This document shows, piece by piece, positions 14,075-29,445 of a DNA stretch of 64,000 nt (within the stretch, counting starts at the first letter, position 1; each line of letters begins with the position of its first letter). Source of the stretch: the human T2T-CHM13v2.0 reference genome, Homo sapiens; the NCBI RefSeq assembly GCF_009914755.1, contig NC_060930.1. One strand, 5' to 3'. A program made the position numbers and the translations under genes. A model generated the notes under the pieces. It did no database searches. It saw only the letters and a list, made by a program, of their open reading frames with translations, and was not told the DNA's origin.

Positions 14075-15082
14075 CAGTCTGCTCTCAACAGAGCAGCCAG
14101 TGCAATCCTTGAAAAACCTTAGATCATGTCACTTTCTCATTCAAAATTCTCCTGTCTTCTGTTTCACTCTAAGTCTCTAAACTATCTGCCACTCTCCTCC
14201 TTTCTTAGTCTAGTCCCTTCAGACTGCTATAGCCAAATACCTTAGACTGGGTAATTCATAAACAAGAGAAATTTCTTACCTGTGGTTCTAGAGGCTGGGA
14301 AGTCCAAGATCAAGGTGCCAACAGGTTCTCTGTCTGGGGAGGGCATGCTCTCTGCCTCATAAGACAGCACCTTCTATGTGTCCTCTTGTGGTGCAAGGGG
14401 CAAGCCAGCTCCCTTCAACCTTTTTTATAGTTCCATTCACGGAGGGCAGAGCCCTCAAGACTTAATCACTTCCCAAAAGGCCTCAGTTCTTAATATCACC
14501 TATTGGAGATTAAGTTTCAACATGAATTTTAGAGGAACGTGTTCAGACCTACTACCACCTTCTTCACACTTGTTAACTCCTTGCCCTCATCCCCTCACAC
14601 TCCTGCACCTCACTCTCCCTGCTCCACCATGTTGGCCCCCTTGCTGTTTCCAGAAAGTACCAGGCATGTTCCTTGTTGTCCTGGATTTGCTGTTCCCTGA
14701 GCCTGAAATGCTCCTCCCAGATAGTCTCTTGGCTTCTCCCACATTTCATTCAAGTCTTTGCTCCATGTCACCTCAGTGTGGCCTTCTGAGGTCCTGCCCT
14801 GTTGAAACTGCAGACCTACCCCACCCCTGCACAGTGGAGTCCACCCAGCACTCCCTCATCCCTTCCCTGCTTATTTCTCCCCATAGCACTTACATTATTT
14901 CCCTATAGAGGGCAATTTACTTATTGACTTTGTTTATTGTCTGTCTTCCCCACTAGAATCTCAGTCCCACAGGGGCAGGCACGTTTTATCTGTTTTGTTC
15001 ACTGCTATATTCCGAGAATCTAGAACAGAGCCTGGCACATAGTAGGCAAACAAAAACATGTTTGTGGAATAAATGAATAAAC
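14075..15082 (+). mobile_element. L2a 3' region, interrupted by an MLT1A LTR
   Basis: Ends ...gcctggcacatagtaggcaaacaaaaacatgtttgtggaataaatgaataaa (L2 terminus). Confidence 0.8.
14203..14557 (-). mobile_element. MLT1A-type ERVL-MaLR solo LTR
   Basis: tcttagtc...agactgggtaattcataaac...ggctgggaagtccaagatcaaggtgcc...gttcagacc. Confidence 0.85.
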
Positions 15083-15284
15083 ATCCAGTTGGTCTACAGT
15101 CCAAAAAAGAAATTAGAACCACAGGTATAGACCTAGTCATGCAGACAAGGATGCAAAGGGTGATGATACCAGAGAATGGAGCTAGGGGATCTCTAAGTAT
15201 TTTACACACACACGCTCCACATACAGCAGTATCTACCTAATTATTTTCCCCAAAACAGTCATCTCAGCAGAAACTTGGAAAACA

Positions 15285-15505
15285 CGTTTCATAGATGAAT
15301 GTATTTGAGAAATGCTATATGATCTCACTTTCTTGGCTATTCAGTACACATTAACATACTGAAGCGTCTGAGAAATTCTACAATTAAAAAAATTAATTTT
15401 GATAAACCTGCATGTTTCCCAAATTTGATAACACCCTTTAATTCACATAATGTTTAATTGCTTATCAAATAATGTTCTTCCCTTTAAACACACTTTAACA
15501 CTGAC
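15285..15505. mobile_element. hAT-Charlie (Charlie4-like) fragment
   Basis: acacattaacatactgaagcgtctgagaaattctac...catgtttcccaaattt. Confidence 0.45.
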
Positions 15506-15654
15506 CTAGATTTTTATAACAGTATCAATAATATGATTTATATGATATATAAAGTATAATATGCAATATCAAATTTATGTAATACATATGTTCTATATTT
15601 ATATGGTAATATCAATAAGAATACTCTTAAAAATAAAATTTTATTACAAAGTGA

Positions 15655-15795
15655 TTGGCAAAGCAGTTTTATCCAGTTTTACCCATGTGATTTCATTGAT
15701 TCATACCCTCTGTGAGGTATACAGAGCAGATCCCTACTTAAAGAAACAGAGGATCGGATGAGGCCCAGAATGGGTAGGACTTACCAAGGTCACAG
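15655..15795 (-). mobile_element. MIR
   Basis: ctctgtgaggta...gatgaggcccaga...acttaccaaggtcacag. Confidence 0.6.
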
Positions 15796-15929
15796 AGGGA
15801 ATGGATCACTTTTCATGCCATTGACTTCTTTGTGATACGATTTCAAAATACTATGTATTAATAATACTCATCCTCCCTTAACAATAGATCATGGCTGTCA
15901 GCTCAAGACATCTTTAAACAGAGATTGCA

Positions 15930-16166
15930 CCACATTAGTTAAGGGCACAGGCTGTGGAGCTAGTCACCTTAATTTCCGGTCTGTCTCCATACTCACTGGC
16001 CATGTCATCTGGGCAAAGTAATTTAACAGCTTTGTCTCTCAGAGGATGATATTGATAATAGCACTGATCTAAGGGAGCTGAGACGATCACATGAGTTAAT
16101 TCAAGAAAAGTATTTTAAACTATTACCTAGCACACACTCAAGGTTCAATAAATGCTTGCTATTACT
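15930..16166 (+). mobile_element. MIR
   Basis: gttaagggcacaggctgtggagc...ctgggcaaagtaatttaac...tcaataaatgcttgctatta. Confidence 0.7.
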
Positions 16167-17111
16167 ATAGAAATATATGTTACTGTGTTTAATAACTGCA
16201 TTCTATAACATGGGTATAATATAATCAATTCAATCACTTCCCTACCAAGTCTAGGTTTTTCCATCTGTTTCCTTCCTGAAAAACAAACAAAAAATGAACA
16301 ACACTTGGAGTTTAAAAGAATCCCAAGTGCCATGTTGGCACAGATGTCTGGAATGAAGAACTCCCAAATACTTCCTGGTGCTGAGTGGGCTCCAGCGGAG
16401 AGTGTGGTGGTTGACTGGTCCTTCTCTGGTCAGCAGACTTGGTGTGGAAGTCTCCTAAGAACAGACTATCTCCTGGGACTTGGAGTATTTCCTATCCGTG
16501 ATCAGCAACATCTTTTCTTGCAGTATTTGGCAAGTTTGTCCTTGTTCCCGGCCAGAATCAGGAAGTTCAGAAGCACATAAAAACAAACAATACATAAAAA
16601 TGCTTCTCTCAAATTATTCAAAGTTCAAAAAAACAAGAAATTATCCATGATATTGGGATCTACTTGGTATTTTATCTTACTAGTTATATTTATTCTCATC
16701 AATGTGCCCATCTTTTCCTTCCCAATGAATGCTTTTTTTTTTTTTTTTTGGCAGTGTTTTTCATTGTACTTTTTTTCTTGGAGTATATTTAAAGATAGGA
16801 AGTGGTTAGACAGGTTATCACTGTATTTTGCAAAAATTTACAGGTATTTTCATGACATAAACTATTCTAGCCTCAGTTTTCAAATTATATTTTATTATTA
16901 ATAATATTTTTAGAAATTACTATTATTCTTAAGATCAGCATAATTTTCTAAGAATGTCATTTCAGTGATCATAGTTGACCAATTGCAAGCCAATACAATA
17001 AAGTGCTGCTTTTTGAAATTTTACTTATCATTCAAGATCCATTTAAGTATCAGCTCCTTAATAAAACCTTCCTTGTTCCCCAATTCCATGTGATGCCCAA
17101 AGGACTATGCT

Positions 17112-17151
17112 TCTCTCTCTCTCTCTCTGTGTCTCTCTCTCACTCACTCAC
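17112..17151. repeat. (CT)n/(CACT)n microsatellite
   Basis: Directly visible. Confidence 0.85.
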
Positions 17152-17179
17152 TTCAGTCACTCAACTAAATCCAATGGAC

Positions 17180-18330
17180 TTTGTTCAATCACCATTTCAG
17201 TTGTGCTTCTTCCACAAAATCCATCTGGAAACCTCTCCCTTGCTCTTGAAGCACTCTCTTCCATGACACAATTCTGGTTTTCCTCCTATCTCTGACTCCC
17301 ACTTCTCCTTTACAGACTCCTCCTCCTCCAACAAGTGATTAAATGTTACAGATACTCAAGGCTGGATGCTAGACCCTATTCACTTCTCGCTCATTTCCTA
17401 GGCAACTTCATGATGACCCATAGTTTTATTTGATTTATAAATTTGTATCTCCATCCCAGAAATTCCCCCTAAGCCCCAGACCCGTATGTCCAACTGGTTA
17501 CTTGACATTTTTGCTTTGAAATCTCTTGAGGGCATGTATTTCTTTCCACAAACTGGGTCCTTCTAGAATTCCCTTTTTCTGTGACTAGCACAATCAGTCA
17601 TCCAGTTATGCAAACCAGAAATCTAGGAATGATCCTTGATACTTACCTCTCCCTCAGCCCTCATATGAAATTTCTTACCATGTCAGTTTTACCTCCTACA
17701 CATCTCTAAAACCTATTCACTTCCCTCTCCCAGCATCAGCACCCTACAAACTACCATCTTTTCTCACCTGGACTCTTAAAATGATTTCCTACCTAGTCAT
17801 TCTTTACCCTTCCATTCCTTTCTCCATACTGCACCCAAAGTTGTTTTTAATACACAAATCTGAACACATTATCCTTCTATTAAAATCATTTCATGACTTT
17901 CTAATTCTCTCAGGAATTCTCTTAAGTCATCCTAAGTCTTTTCTTTAATCATCCTAAGTCTGTTAAAGTCATCTTTTAGAGCCTATCCTACAAAGTACTA
18001 ACACTTCTCCAGCCTCATTTTGCACCGTGTCTCATCCCGCCGACCTTGTTCTCCTTGCTATGTCACACTTGGCTTTGTTATGATCTCTCCGATAAGCCAT
18101 CCTCCTGCCACAAGTCCTCTGAATATGCCCCCACAGCCTAGATTCCTGCACTCAGGGTGACCATGCAAGGTATGTTCTAAAGCAGAATACTTTTGAGTGT
18201 GAAGGTGGCACTATAACTAATTATGCCAGACAAGACAACATATGTTCACCTTAAATTAACTCCTGTTCATTTACCAGCTCTCAGATCAAACATCACCCCT
18301 TAAGGGAACCTCACAGCAACCTCCCTGGCA
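17180..18330 (+). mobile_element. L2 body
   Basis: ctggttttcctcctatctctg...ccagaaatctaggaatgatccttga...ctcacctggac...aaatctgaacac. Confidence 0.7.
18154..18252. mobile_element. MER94 (hAT-Blackjack) inside L2
   Basis: agggtgacca...tatgttcacct TIRs; internal tttgagtgtgaaggtggcactat. Confidence 0.6.
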
Positions 18331-18385
18331 AAGTGAAGAAGAACATTGTTACTTTTATAACACAATATAACTCTCTTTAGTTCCT

Positions 18386-18500
18386 GGGGGGGGGGGGGGA
18401 AATATATGTATATATATACACACACACACATATACAGGAAGAGAAGTGGGGAAGGAGAGAGAGGAAGAAGGCAAAGAAAGGAAAGGAAGAAGAGAGAGTA
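18386..18500. repeat. G14 homopolymer + (TA)n(CA)n + GA-rich low complexity
   Basis: Directly visible. Confidence 0.85.
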
Positions 18501-19028
18501 GACTACAAAGAAAATGGACACTCAAAATGGAGAGGTAGTACACTCATCAGATCAGAAGAATATCTTTTCCTAATAACATTAGTTTCTGAAAAGAGCATTA
18601 TTAATTTAAATTGTTGGCCTATACTCAGAGAAATCTGCTTACTGGAGACACAGTGTAAGAGTCTAAGTAAATCTTTGATCATCAATCTAGAAGAAGGACT
18701 TTTAAATGTAAAAATTATATTTAGTTTTAAAATTTAACAGTAAATGATTTTCTTTCAATTCTAATAAGAACACTTTATGGGATTGCTAGGGAGCCATTTA
18801 AACCCAGATATTTCCAAGTTACTTATCCATATAAAAATCATAAAGCCTCACAATGCTTCTGAGAGAGGAACCCAAACCCAAATATTTCAGTATCATTACA
18901 AGTGAGACTTCTCCTAGCTTATACCATATCGACTCACTTATGTGACTGTCTTCTGGATTGTTAATTATCTGAGTGCCAAGAGGACATCTTATGAACCTTT
19001 GCATTTCCCTTTTCCTCACCTACTTTTC

Positions 19029-21846
<2,818 letters not shown>

Positions 21847-22334
21847 CTTCGCCTACTTTTCAACATTTTGTGTAATGTTTTGCATAAGCATTTGTTGAAA
21901 TGAACTGAATTAGTTTAGGATCCCCTCAGCCTGCCCAAAAACTGGCCCCTTTGCTGACTCCCATACCTAAATGTTCTACCAAACTGCAAGATACCTACAC
22001 ACTCCAGTGGAGTCTACATCTTCCTGTAGTCTAACCTGCACCACTAGGGGTTCATGGGTCCCGAGCTGTGGTCCACAGCACACCTGTTGTCCTGGGCTTA
22101 TAATGTTGCTGTGAAGAAACACCAGGATAAATGTTCGGTTTTCCTCAGGACATAGTTTTGGTGCTCACTTTTATTAACCCTGTCATGTCCAGCAGAGAGA
22201 GAAGAAACATGGCCTGGGAAGACTGAAGGGACCTATGAAGTACATCATGCGTAGTTGTTCCTGGTCTCTGTTGTGGAGAATGGAGATGCTGGCCACGTGC
22301 AGGAGTGCTTTAGAGAGCAAGGGCTCCCGAGGGC

Positions 22335-22660
22335 ACCTGGAATCCCAATTTAGTCACTTTATAAGCTCTCTGTGCTCCTCAGGACAGTGGGGATGATACA
22401 CACACCTATGCCTGGGGCTTGTCACAAGGACTAAAGGTGCTCATACACATAAAGCCCTTCAAACAGATCCTGACATTTAGAAAATCCTCCTAAAAATACC
22501 AACAATTAAGGAGCTGGTAGGGGGTGGGTGGGGGTTTGGGAAGGAACACAGAATATCCATCGGAAGAATGGTAACTAAGTAAGAACAATAGCTACTGGTT
22601 TTTGAATACCAACTATGTGCCAGGCACTGTGCTAAGCAATTTATATATAATGCATTTCTA
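22335..22660. mobile_element. Two MIR fragments (+ at ~22335-22475, - at ~22585-22660)
   Basis: ctctctgtgctcctc...ggggatgata...; actatgtgccaggcactgtgctaagc. Confidence 0.5.
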
Positions 22661-25604
22661 AAAAACAACGAACTTTGCTTGGTGGAAATTCTGGAGATTA
22701 AAAGTATTATCCCAGAAATACGTGAATGATGCGTAATCTTACACCCATCCGTGTTTTCATTACTGAAGGCAGACCCAGATTTCATAGTCCCCAAGTTGAC
22801 TCCTCAAGTTGTTCTCCTTCTACCCAACCTTTATAAAAAGACATGTCTTTGTGTTCTTTTAAGGTCTTTTACAGCTTTTGAAATTCTCCTTGGGCATTCC
22901 CACTGCTTCTTGTTCAGTATCTTTTTTTATGAGACTCCTATGTTCCTGGTGATTGAAGCTTACTTTTTTCTCATTTTCCCTCTGAAAAACTATCAAGCTC
23001 AAAAATGAGGATAGCTCTTGTTGACACTAGTCTAAAACCTGCCTTACCTTCTTTAGAAAACAAACACACTACTATTTACATATTCACTTTTCAGCATTCA
23101 AGTTCCAAAATGCACATTTGTCAGAAAGTCATCATTCTAAGCTAAAGATGCAAGGTGATGCAGTATTGTTTGGCGACTCTAACTTAGTGAAATTTCCCTT
23201 TTCTCTGATTTTTATATGCAAATCAAGATTTTTAAGAAGAGAAGAAAGAACTTTTTTCACATGCAAAGAAAATTGTGTTTCATTCCTTTTGCGAAAAATG
23301 TGGTTTCTGGACGACTAACTCCTGGTTTGCCTCTTTCCTACATACAAAGCTCTCTCACCGACAGCCCAGGAACACACAGCTAGTGAAACAGAACAATGGA
23401 CAGGAAGCCTCCTACTTAGCCAGTTCAGCACATAGTCCTTGATGACCAGGCAGGCCCAGTGTCACTCAAGAAAGTGGAAGATTGAACGCCCACAGGGGAA
23501 ATTTGGGTCTAATCAGCCATCTTGGCTCCCTCCTGTAAGATCATGGTACTCGGAACAATAATCTCTGCCTAAGTTATCTGAACTGGCTGCTTGTGCTATC
23601 CCATAAATCTATGGAGTGATTAAATTGCACAACCTTCCTCCTCTCTTTTAGGCCAGATAAACATCTTAGGAGAAATCGTTCACTTAGTTAATTTGGAGAG
23701 TAGTCAGCTGAAATAAACAAAGCTTCTAGCTGAGATGTGCAGTATGGTGAAAGTTGTCTGAGATTTGGGATCTGGATTTTCTCTGTCTTTATTTTGCAAG
23801 TGGTGGCAGTGACATGAATTAGTAATGTGCTCAGCAAGCTCAGAGGAATACCTTTCATGAGAGCTGCTTCTTTCCCACCATATTTGGGCTGCTTTGCGGC
23901 TTCACCTTTCTGATACCAGCACTATCTCATCTTCCTGGTTCCTTAGTGATGCCCCTGCTATGAATCTCTATCCCATATTCCGTGCAACCTGTTTATACCA
24001 AGAACGTCACTATCTTCTTCATTCATCTCAGATGCCATGGAAGCCCAGTAGCTACTGCTCTGTCCCTGACACCTTTTCCTCACCCTGAAATGACCTTGAC
24101 ATACCACGACAGGGGCCAGAGTCTGGTTCTTGTCACATGGCCTGTGTTTCAGCCACTGTAAGTTGTCATCGCTGTCAGAGTCTCCACCCTCTTTGCCAGT
24201 TACATAAGAGGCTACATAGACATCTGCTTCCTAGCACAAGCTTTTATTAACCAGAGGCAGCGTGAGAGGCCAAGTAAGCAAGAGGTCCATTCCGGAGCCC
24301 TGTCCTCAGGGAGGGTGAGGGGCTGTCGTCAGGTCAGGTCGTGGCTCCTGGGGCAATTCAGCTCAGCTCTGAGCCTGTTTGCAGCCTTCAGTACAGGGGA
24401 TGACATGTGATGTTGTCAGCCTGAAGGGGCAAAAAAAAGCAGCAGCCTTTCAAAATCAGAATGCCCCTGCTGTTTGTTTCCTTTTGGAACACAATAAGAA
24501 CAGACTGGGGACATGACTCTAGGCTGTCAACGCTTCCTACCAGCTTCCACAGCACCTTTCATATGCCAGAAGAAAAAAAACAAGTTGCTTAAGTTAAACA
24601 AGGACTCAATGAATAGTCAAAATAATTGTTTAGCTTGGATATAAGGCCTTAGGTAAATAGATGATTGCCTGAGACCCTGGGCCAGGAAAAGCAGCTAGGC
24701 AGGACACCGCTTGTTCTGTCCCTCAGAAAACAGCCCAGTAGCCTCTGCTCCTCTGAGGACTGTTGTTACTGAATTAATTCTCTCTTCCCACCAGCGTATT
24801 AAAGCAATTTAATATCAGAACAGGCTCCTTAAAGCAGGGAGAAGGAAAGAAAACTTTCTATATTAGAAATATACCATTAACACATAAATCTTACTACATG
24901 AGCGCTTCCATTAAATAGAATGCTTCAGATTGGGAATGTCTGGTGTGTTTGTATTGAACTGTTTTCATGTTGTGAAATTTCTCAGATGCATTGTTAGCAT
25001 ACTTACAATTGTCCTGCCTCCTGCCTTACTGGTATTCTTAACATGATTTCATCCTTTTGAAAATGATTATTTACTACACCAAAGGGGCATTGTTAGGTTT
25101 ATGAGGAATCAGCTTCTCAAAGTGCAGTGTAGTTATGGACAGTGTCAGCACTGAAATGGAATCTTCCAGGTATGGTTTCCTTATTTGTTGTTATTGCCGA
25201 TTTGTTTGGGTTTGTTTGCTTGTTTAGGTATCTTTGCTCTCACCTAGCTCCATTGTTACTTGTCTCTTCTTCCCAAAGTAGGGTGCAGTGTGAAAATTTG
25301 TTGCCAGCTAATTTCAGTTCTGCTGAAGAATATTTTTAATAATTGCTTTCTTACTTAAAAGTAATAGATTCCTTGTTGATCCAGGACAGGATTTGGTTGT
25401 CTTGCTTGTACAGCCCATTTCCACTGAAATGCTCTTTGATTGAACCGTGAACTCATCAAGGGAGTGGGATTCTCCTGGTATTCTTTTTCCACAAATCATC
25501 ATGACTGTACATTTGGTTTATCAGCAAACAGCAATCAAAGCATACATTACGTAAGAAAAAGTTAATGCTGACCTGTTTAACCAATTTTTCATCTTGATAA
25601 TATA

Positions 25605-25975
25605 GGAAAGTGGTTAAGAACATGAGGTTTCAAGTCGGTTCTGAGTTTAAGCATAAGCTCTGCACTTACTAGCTCTATGAGTCTGAACAAATTATCAAAT
25701 TTCCATTAGCTTTGCTTCCTCATCTGTAAAGCTGTCAAATAATAATAATAACAGCTACTTTGGGTTGTTGGGTTGATGATGTGAGATAATACATGTAAAA
25801 TCCTCAGCACAGTATAAGTATTCAATGAATGTTATCTACCATATTATTTTCACATACCTTATAATTTCCTTACAACAACTCTGTGATGTAGACAAAATTG
25901 CTATGATTTATGCAATTTAAATATTAGACAACTGGACTTCAGAGTGATTACTGATTCATCCAGGGTTACCCAAGA
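25605..25975. mobile_element. Adjacent MIRs (+ ~25605-25845, - ~25850-25975)
   Basis: gtggttaagaacatg...cttcctcatctgtaaa...; acaacaactctgtgatgtag...ccagggttacc. Confidence 0.65.
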
Positions 25976-27671
25976 TGGCAAAATGTTCGTCCTGTCAGTA
26001 CAGGAGCCCCCAAGTTCCCAGTGTATTGCCCTCCCTTCATCCATTTGGCCACAGGGTACTCTTCCTCAGTTTCCCTAAATCTAAAACTTTACGTAATAAT
26101 GGGCCTCCGCTGCCCTAGATTGTCAGGTGAAGACCAGGAAGAAATCCTGTCACAGGCATTAAAAACTTCATCAATATTACACAGTGATTTCCAAAAGGTG
26201 AGCGTGAAAGTGCTGGAAGGAGCCCATGAGATTACAGCAACAGGTCAACAAATCCACAAGCCCAGCCAGCTTTGTAGATAAAATCTATACAGTCTCCTCC
26301 ATGCATCATTTTTACTGTATATGTCTCCCTTCTTACCATTATAAAACATAAATTTATTTAAAGTCAGTGAGTCTATCATTTTAACATGCTGTATTTTCTC
26401 AATTGATATTAAAACTACAACTACTTTTATGTGAGGATCTAAGATTTTCATTTCTTTTTTCATTTTAAAAACCAGGTCTACACACTCCCTAAGGTGTGTG
26501 TTTCTAATCATAAGGTTAGAAAACAACGGTATTGTAGAAAGAGCTCTTCCTATGAAGTCTAACAGCCTAGATTTAAGTGCTACCCCACTGACTATAAGCT
26601 GAAAGCACCATAAACTTAGGCAGCTCAATTAAAGTCCATAAATATTTACTATATCAGGACTTTAAGGGGCTTGTGCCCTTAACTGGGACTACAGAGCGAA
26701 TAGCAGTCCTTCACAACCATTCTTCTCTGAGCCTCTATTTTCTTACTTATAAAGTAAAGAGAATAAAGGTGTCTCTCCTCACAGGGTTATTATGAAGGTC
26801 CAATGAGAAAAAACAAGAAGATAAATATACTGTCATGTTGTGAAAGTGCTTTGTAAACATAGGGTGTTCAAGACAACTGCCGAGGAGAGAAAAACACTTC
26901 AACTTTTCTTGGTAGCTTTCCTTTATTGACCAGCCACCCCATATTAAAGTACATAAGTACATTTTTTTTAAAGCTAACAGCTTTACCCTCATTGATGTAA
27001 GTTTATATTCAGACCTATAAAAGTACTTTTCCATCTATTCCTCTTCCTCTCACTTTGGTTTATAACATTTATCCATAAATTACAATATTCTTTCATATCA
27101 ATATGGCAATGTAATATCACATTATACAAAGCATTGAAGAAGGCACCAATGTAAAATTCAAAGCAGAGAACAGCCCAAGAGCTCATGGCTTGCACTTTAC
27201 AACCCCAAGTACACTCAAGGCCCATCTATGAGGGACATTTTAAGCATATCAGTTGCATGAGTTGCAGCTGATGGGGATCTCACCCAGGCCCTGAGTTCCT
27301 CCAGGAATTAGGAAAGGAAGGAGAGAGGACTGTTCTTCCTTTCAGCTCCCAGGCTGGGGCCCCAGTGCCACCTTACTTCGGGAAAAAGGTGATTTATGGG
27401 AGTGTACCCATTACTACTGGAATTGAAACCTTCCCTGATTCAGTTCTTCCAGAGATACATTATGTCTCACATATTTCTACCTCTCCTCTGATTCCATATT
27501 ATATATAATAACTGGTGAATTTGGTCTTTATTTCTACTCTTGTCAACAGAGAACATTCACTTAGAATCCACTAAGTACCAGACAGCATTCAAAGTGCTAT
27601 TATGGAGAAATGTAAATAACATGATATGCATGATCCCTGCTTTGCAGGAGTTTAGAAGGAAGCAAACCAGC

Positions 27672-27870
27672 ATTTATTGCCAGGCAGTGAGTATTATTTT
27701 AGCTTCTCTGACAAGGACACTTCGAAGTGGGTCTTAACTTTATTTTATAAATGAGGCGTCTGAGGCTCAGAGAAATAAATCTGCCAAGATCACACAAGTA
27801 GCAAGCGTCTGGGCCAGATTTCTCCAAGGCCTACCGTGTTCTAAAGTCCATGCTCTTTCCACTCTACTCC
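27672..27870 (-). mobile_element. MIR
   Basis: attttataaatgaggcgtctgaggctcagaga...ccaagatcacacaagtag. Confidence 0.7.
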
Positions 27871-27948
27871 ATTACCTCCCCTGATGAGAAAGGCAGGACA
27901 CATACTAAAAAGGAAAACGAACACAGATATTAAATATTAAAGGAAACC

Positions 27949-28253
27949 AGCCAGGCGTGGTGGCTCATGCCTGTAATCCCAGAACTTTGGGAGGCCGAGG
28001 TGGGTGGATCACAAGGTCAAAAGATCAAGACCATCCTGGCCAACATGGTGATACCCTGTCTCTACTAAAAATACAAAAATTAGCTAGGCATAGTGGCGTG
28101 TGCCTGTAGTCCCAGCTACTCGGGAGGCTAAGGCAGGAGAATCGCTTGAACTCGGGAGTCAGAGGTTGCAGTGAGCCAAGATCGTGCCACTGCACTCCAA
28201 CCTGGCAACAAAGCGAGACTCCATGTCAAAAAAAAAAAAAAAAAAAGAAAGAA
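27949..28253 (+). mobile_element. AluSc
   Basis: Diagnostic ggatcacaaggtcaaaagatcaagaccatcctggccaac; poly(A) tail; degenerate TSD ending TAAAGGAAACC / TAAAGGGAACC. Confidence 0.93.
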
Positions 28254-28833
28254 ATATATATATACATATAAAGGGAACCTACAAATAAATAAGTACTAGA
28301 AACTCGACAGACTGTCCTGTGTGCAAGAGTGGCCAAGTGCCTGGAGCAAGGCTAGCCTGTGAGCCGATTCTAAAGCACATTAATGATACAATCTGGAAAA
28401 AAGAAAGGTGGATGCCAGTCAGAAAACAATTGTGTTGGAACAAAGAAAAATTATAGTCTGGGTGATTAACACTTTTAAGAACGAAAGCTACAATGCAACA
28501 CCCATTTGTCTTTCTGGATTCAGAGTCTTTGTCTCTGTGGCCCTGGGAAGCATAAAAAGACTTTTGTCTTTTTATGGAAATTTGTAAGTTGCTGTGATTT
28601 TCACAGACCCATCTTCTAAGCACATACAAGAGACCTGTGTTCCTTGTTAGTGTATTGCCAACCTCATTACACTCAGTATTAAATATTCCTTTCCACATAG
28701 CACTCTTCAGTATGGTGAATGGGAACCATTTTTCTCCTGACATCTGGGGTTGGTTTCATTGAGGATTTACAGGGGAAAAGTGAATGCACGTGGCAATGTT
28801 TTCAAGCCTTTGTTTGGATTTTCTGTTTTCTAG

Positions 28834-28917
28834 GAGATATACGACTAAGGGGTCAGACGGGGGTTCGTGCTGAACGCCGTGGCTCCTACCCATTCATTGA
28901 CTTCCGCCTACTTAACA
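28834..28917 (+). CDS. PDE7B: Internal coding exon of cAMP-specific phosphodiesterase 7B (exon 3 of canonical transcript, approx. residues G28-S56), phase 1-1
   Basis: Acceptor ttttctgttttctag|GAGAT and donor AACA|gtgagt. Translation DIRLRGQTGVRAERRGSYPFIDFRLLN matches the PDE7B N-terminus as I recall it (...CVCMLGDIRLRGQTGVRAERRGSYPFIDFRLLNSTT...). Six CpGs in 84 nt against a CpG-poor background. Neighbouring PDE7B exons were not found in the window. Confidence 0.97.
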
Positions 28918-29169
28918 GTGAGTAATCAAGTGTACCTGGAAAGGAACAAACGTTTTCTTCAAAAAGAAAAAAAAAAATCCTCATTTCCCTCTGAACTTCG
29001 AAACCTTCTGGGGTCTGCCTTCCTTCCTGAATCTCTCTTCTGCCAACTAGAACTTAACCCTTTGTCTTTGAGTTTCCTCACAAGTGAAGTAATTCTGGCC
29101 CTGCACTGCCTCTCAGAGCTCCACTGAGGGTCAAATGAGATCAGGTCAGCTTTAAAAGTATAAATCTCT

Positions 29170-29445
29170 GGCCAGGCATGGTGGCTCACGCCTGTAATCC
29201 CAGCACTTCGGGAGGCCAAGGTGGGAGGATTGCTTCAGCCCAGGAGTTGGGCAACAGAGTGAGACCTTATCTCTACAAAAAATCAAAAAATTAGCTGGGT
29301 ATGGTGGCACAGCCTGTAGTCCCAGCTACTTAATTGGGGGCTGAGGTGAGAGAATAGCTTGATCCCAGGAGGTCAAGGCTGCAGTGAGCCAGGATTGCAC
29401 CACTGCCTTCCAGCATGTCTCAAAAAGAATAAAATTTTTTGTATA
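29170..29445 (+). mobile_element. AluJ with two internal deletions
   Basis: ggaggattgcttcagcccaggagtt, ggaggtcaaggctgcagtgagc; TSD AAAAGTATAAATCTC / AAAAGTGTAAGTCTC. Confidence 0.9.

Noticed and set aside
14378-14908. 176-aa + strand ORF
   Set aside because: Spans an MLT1A/L2 junction, starts at a non-ATG codon and has no recognisable domain
28279-28743. 154-aa minus-strand ORF next to the PDE7B exon
   Set aside because: No recognisable homology or coding-like composition; ORFs of this size arise by chance in six frames of 64 kb
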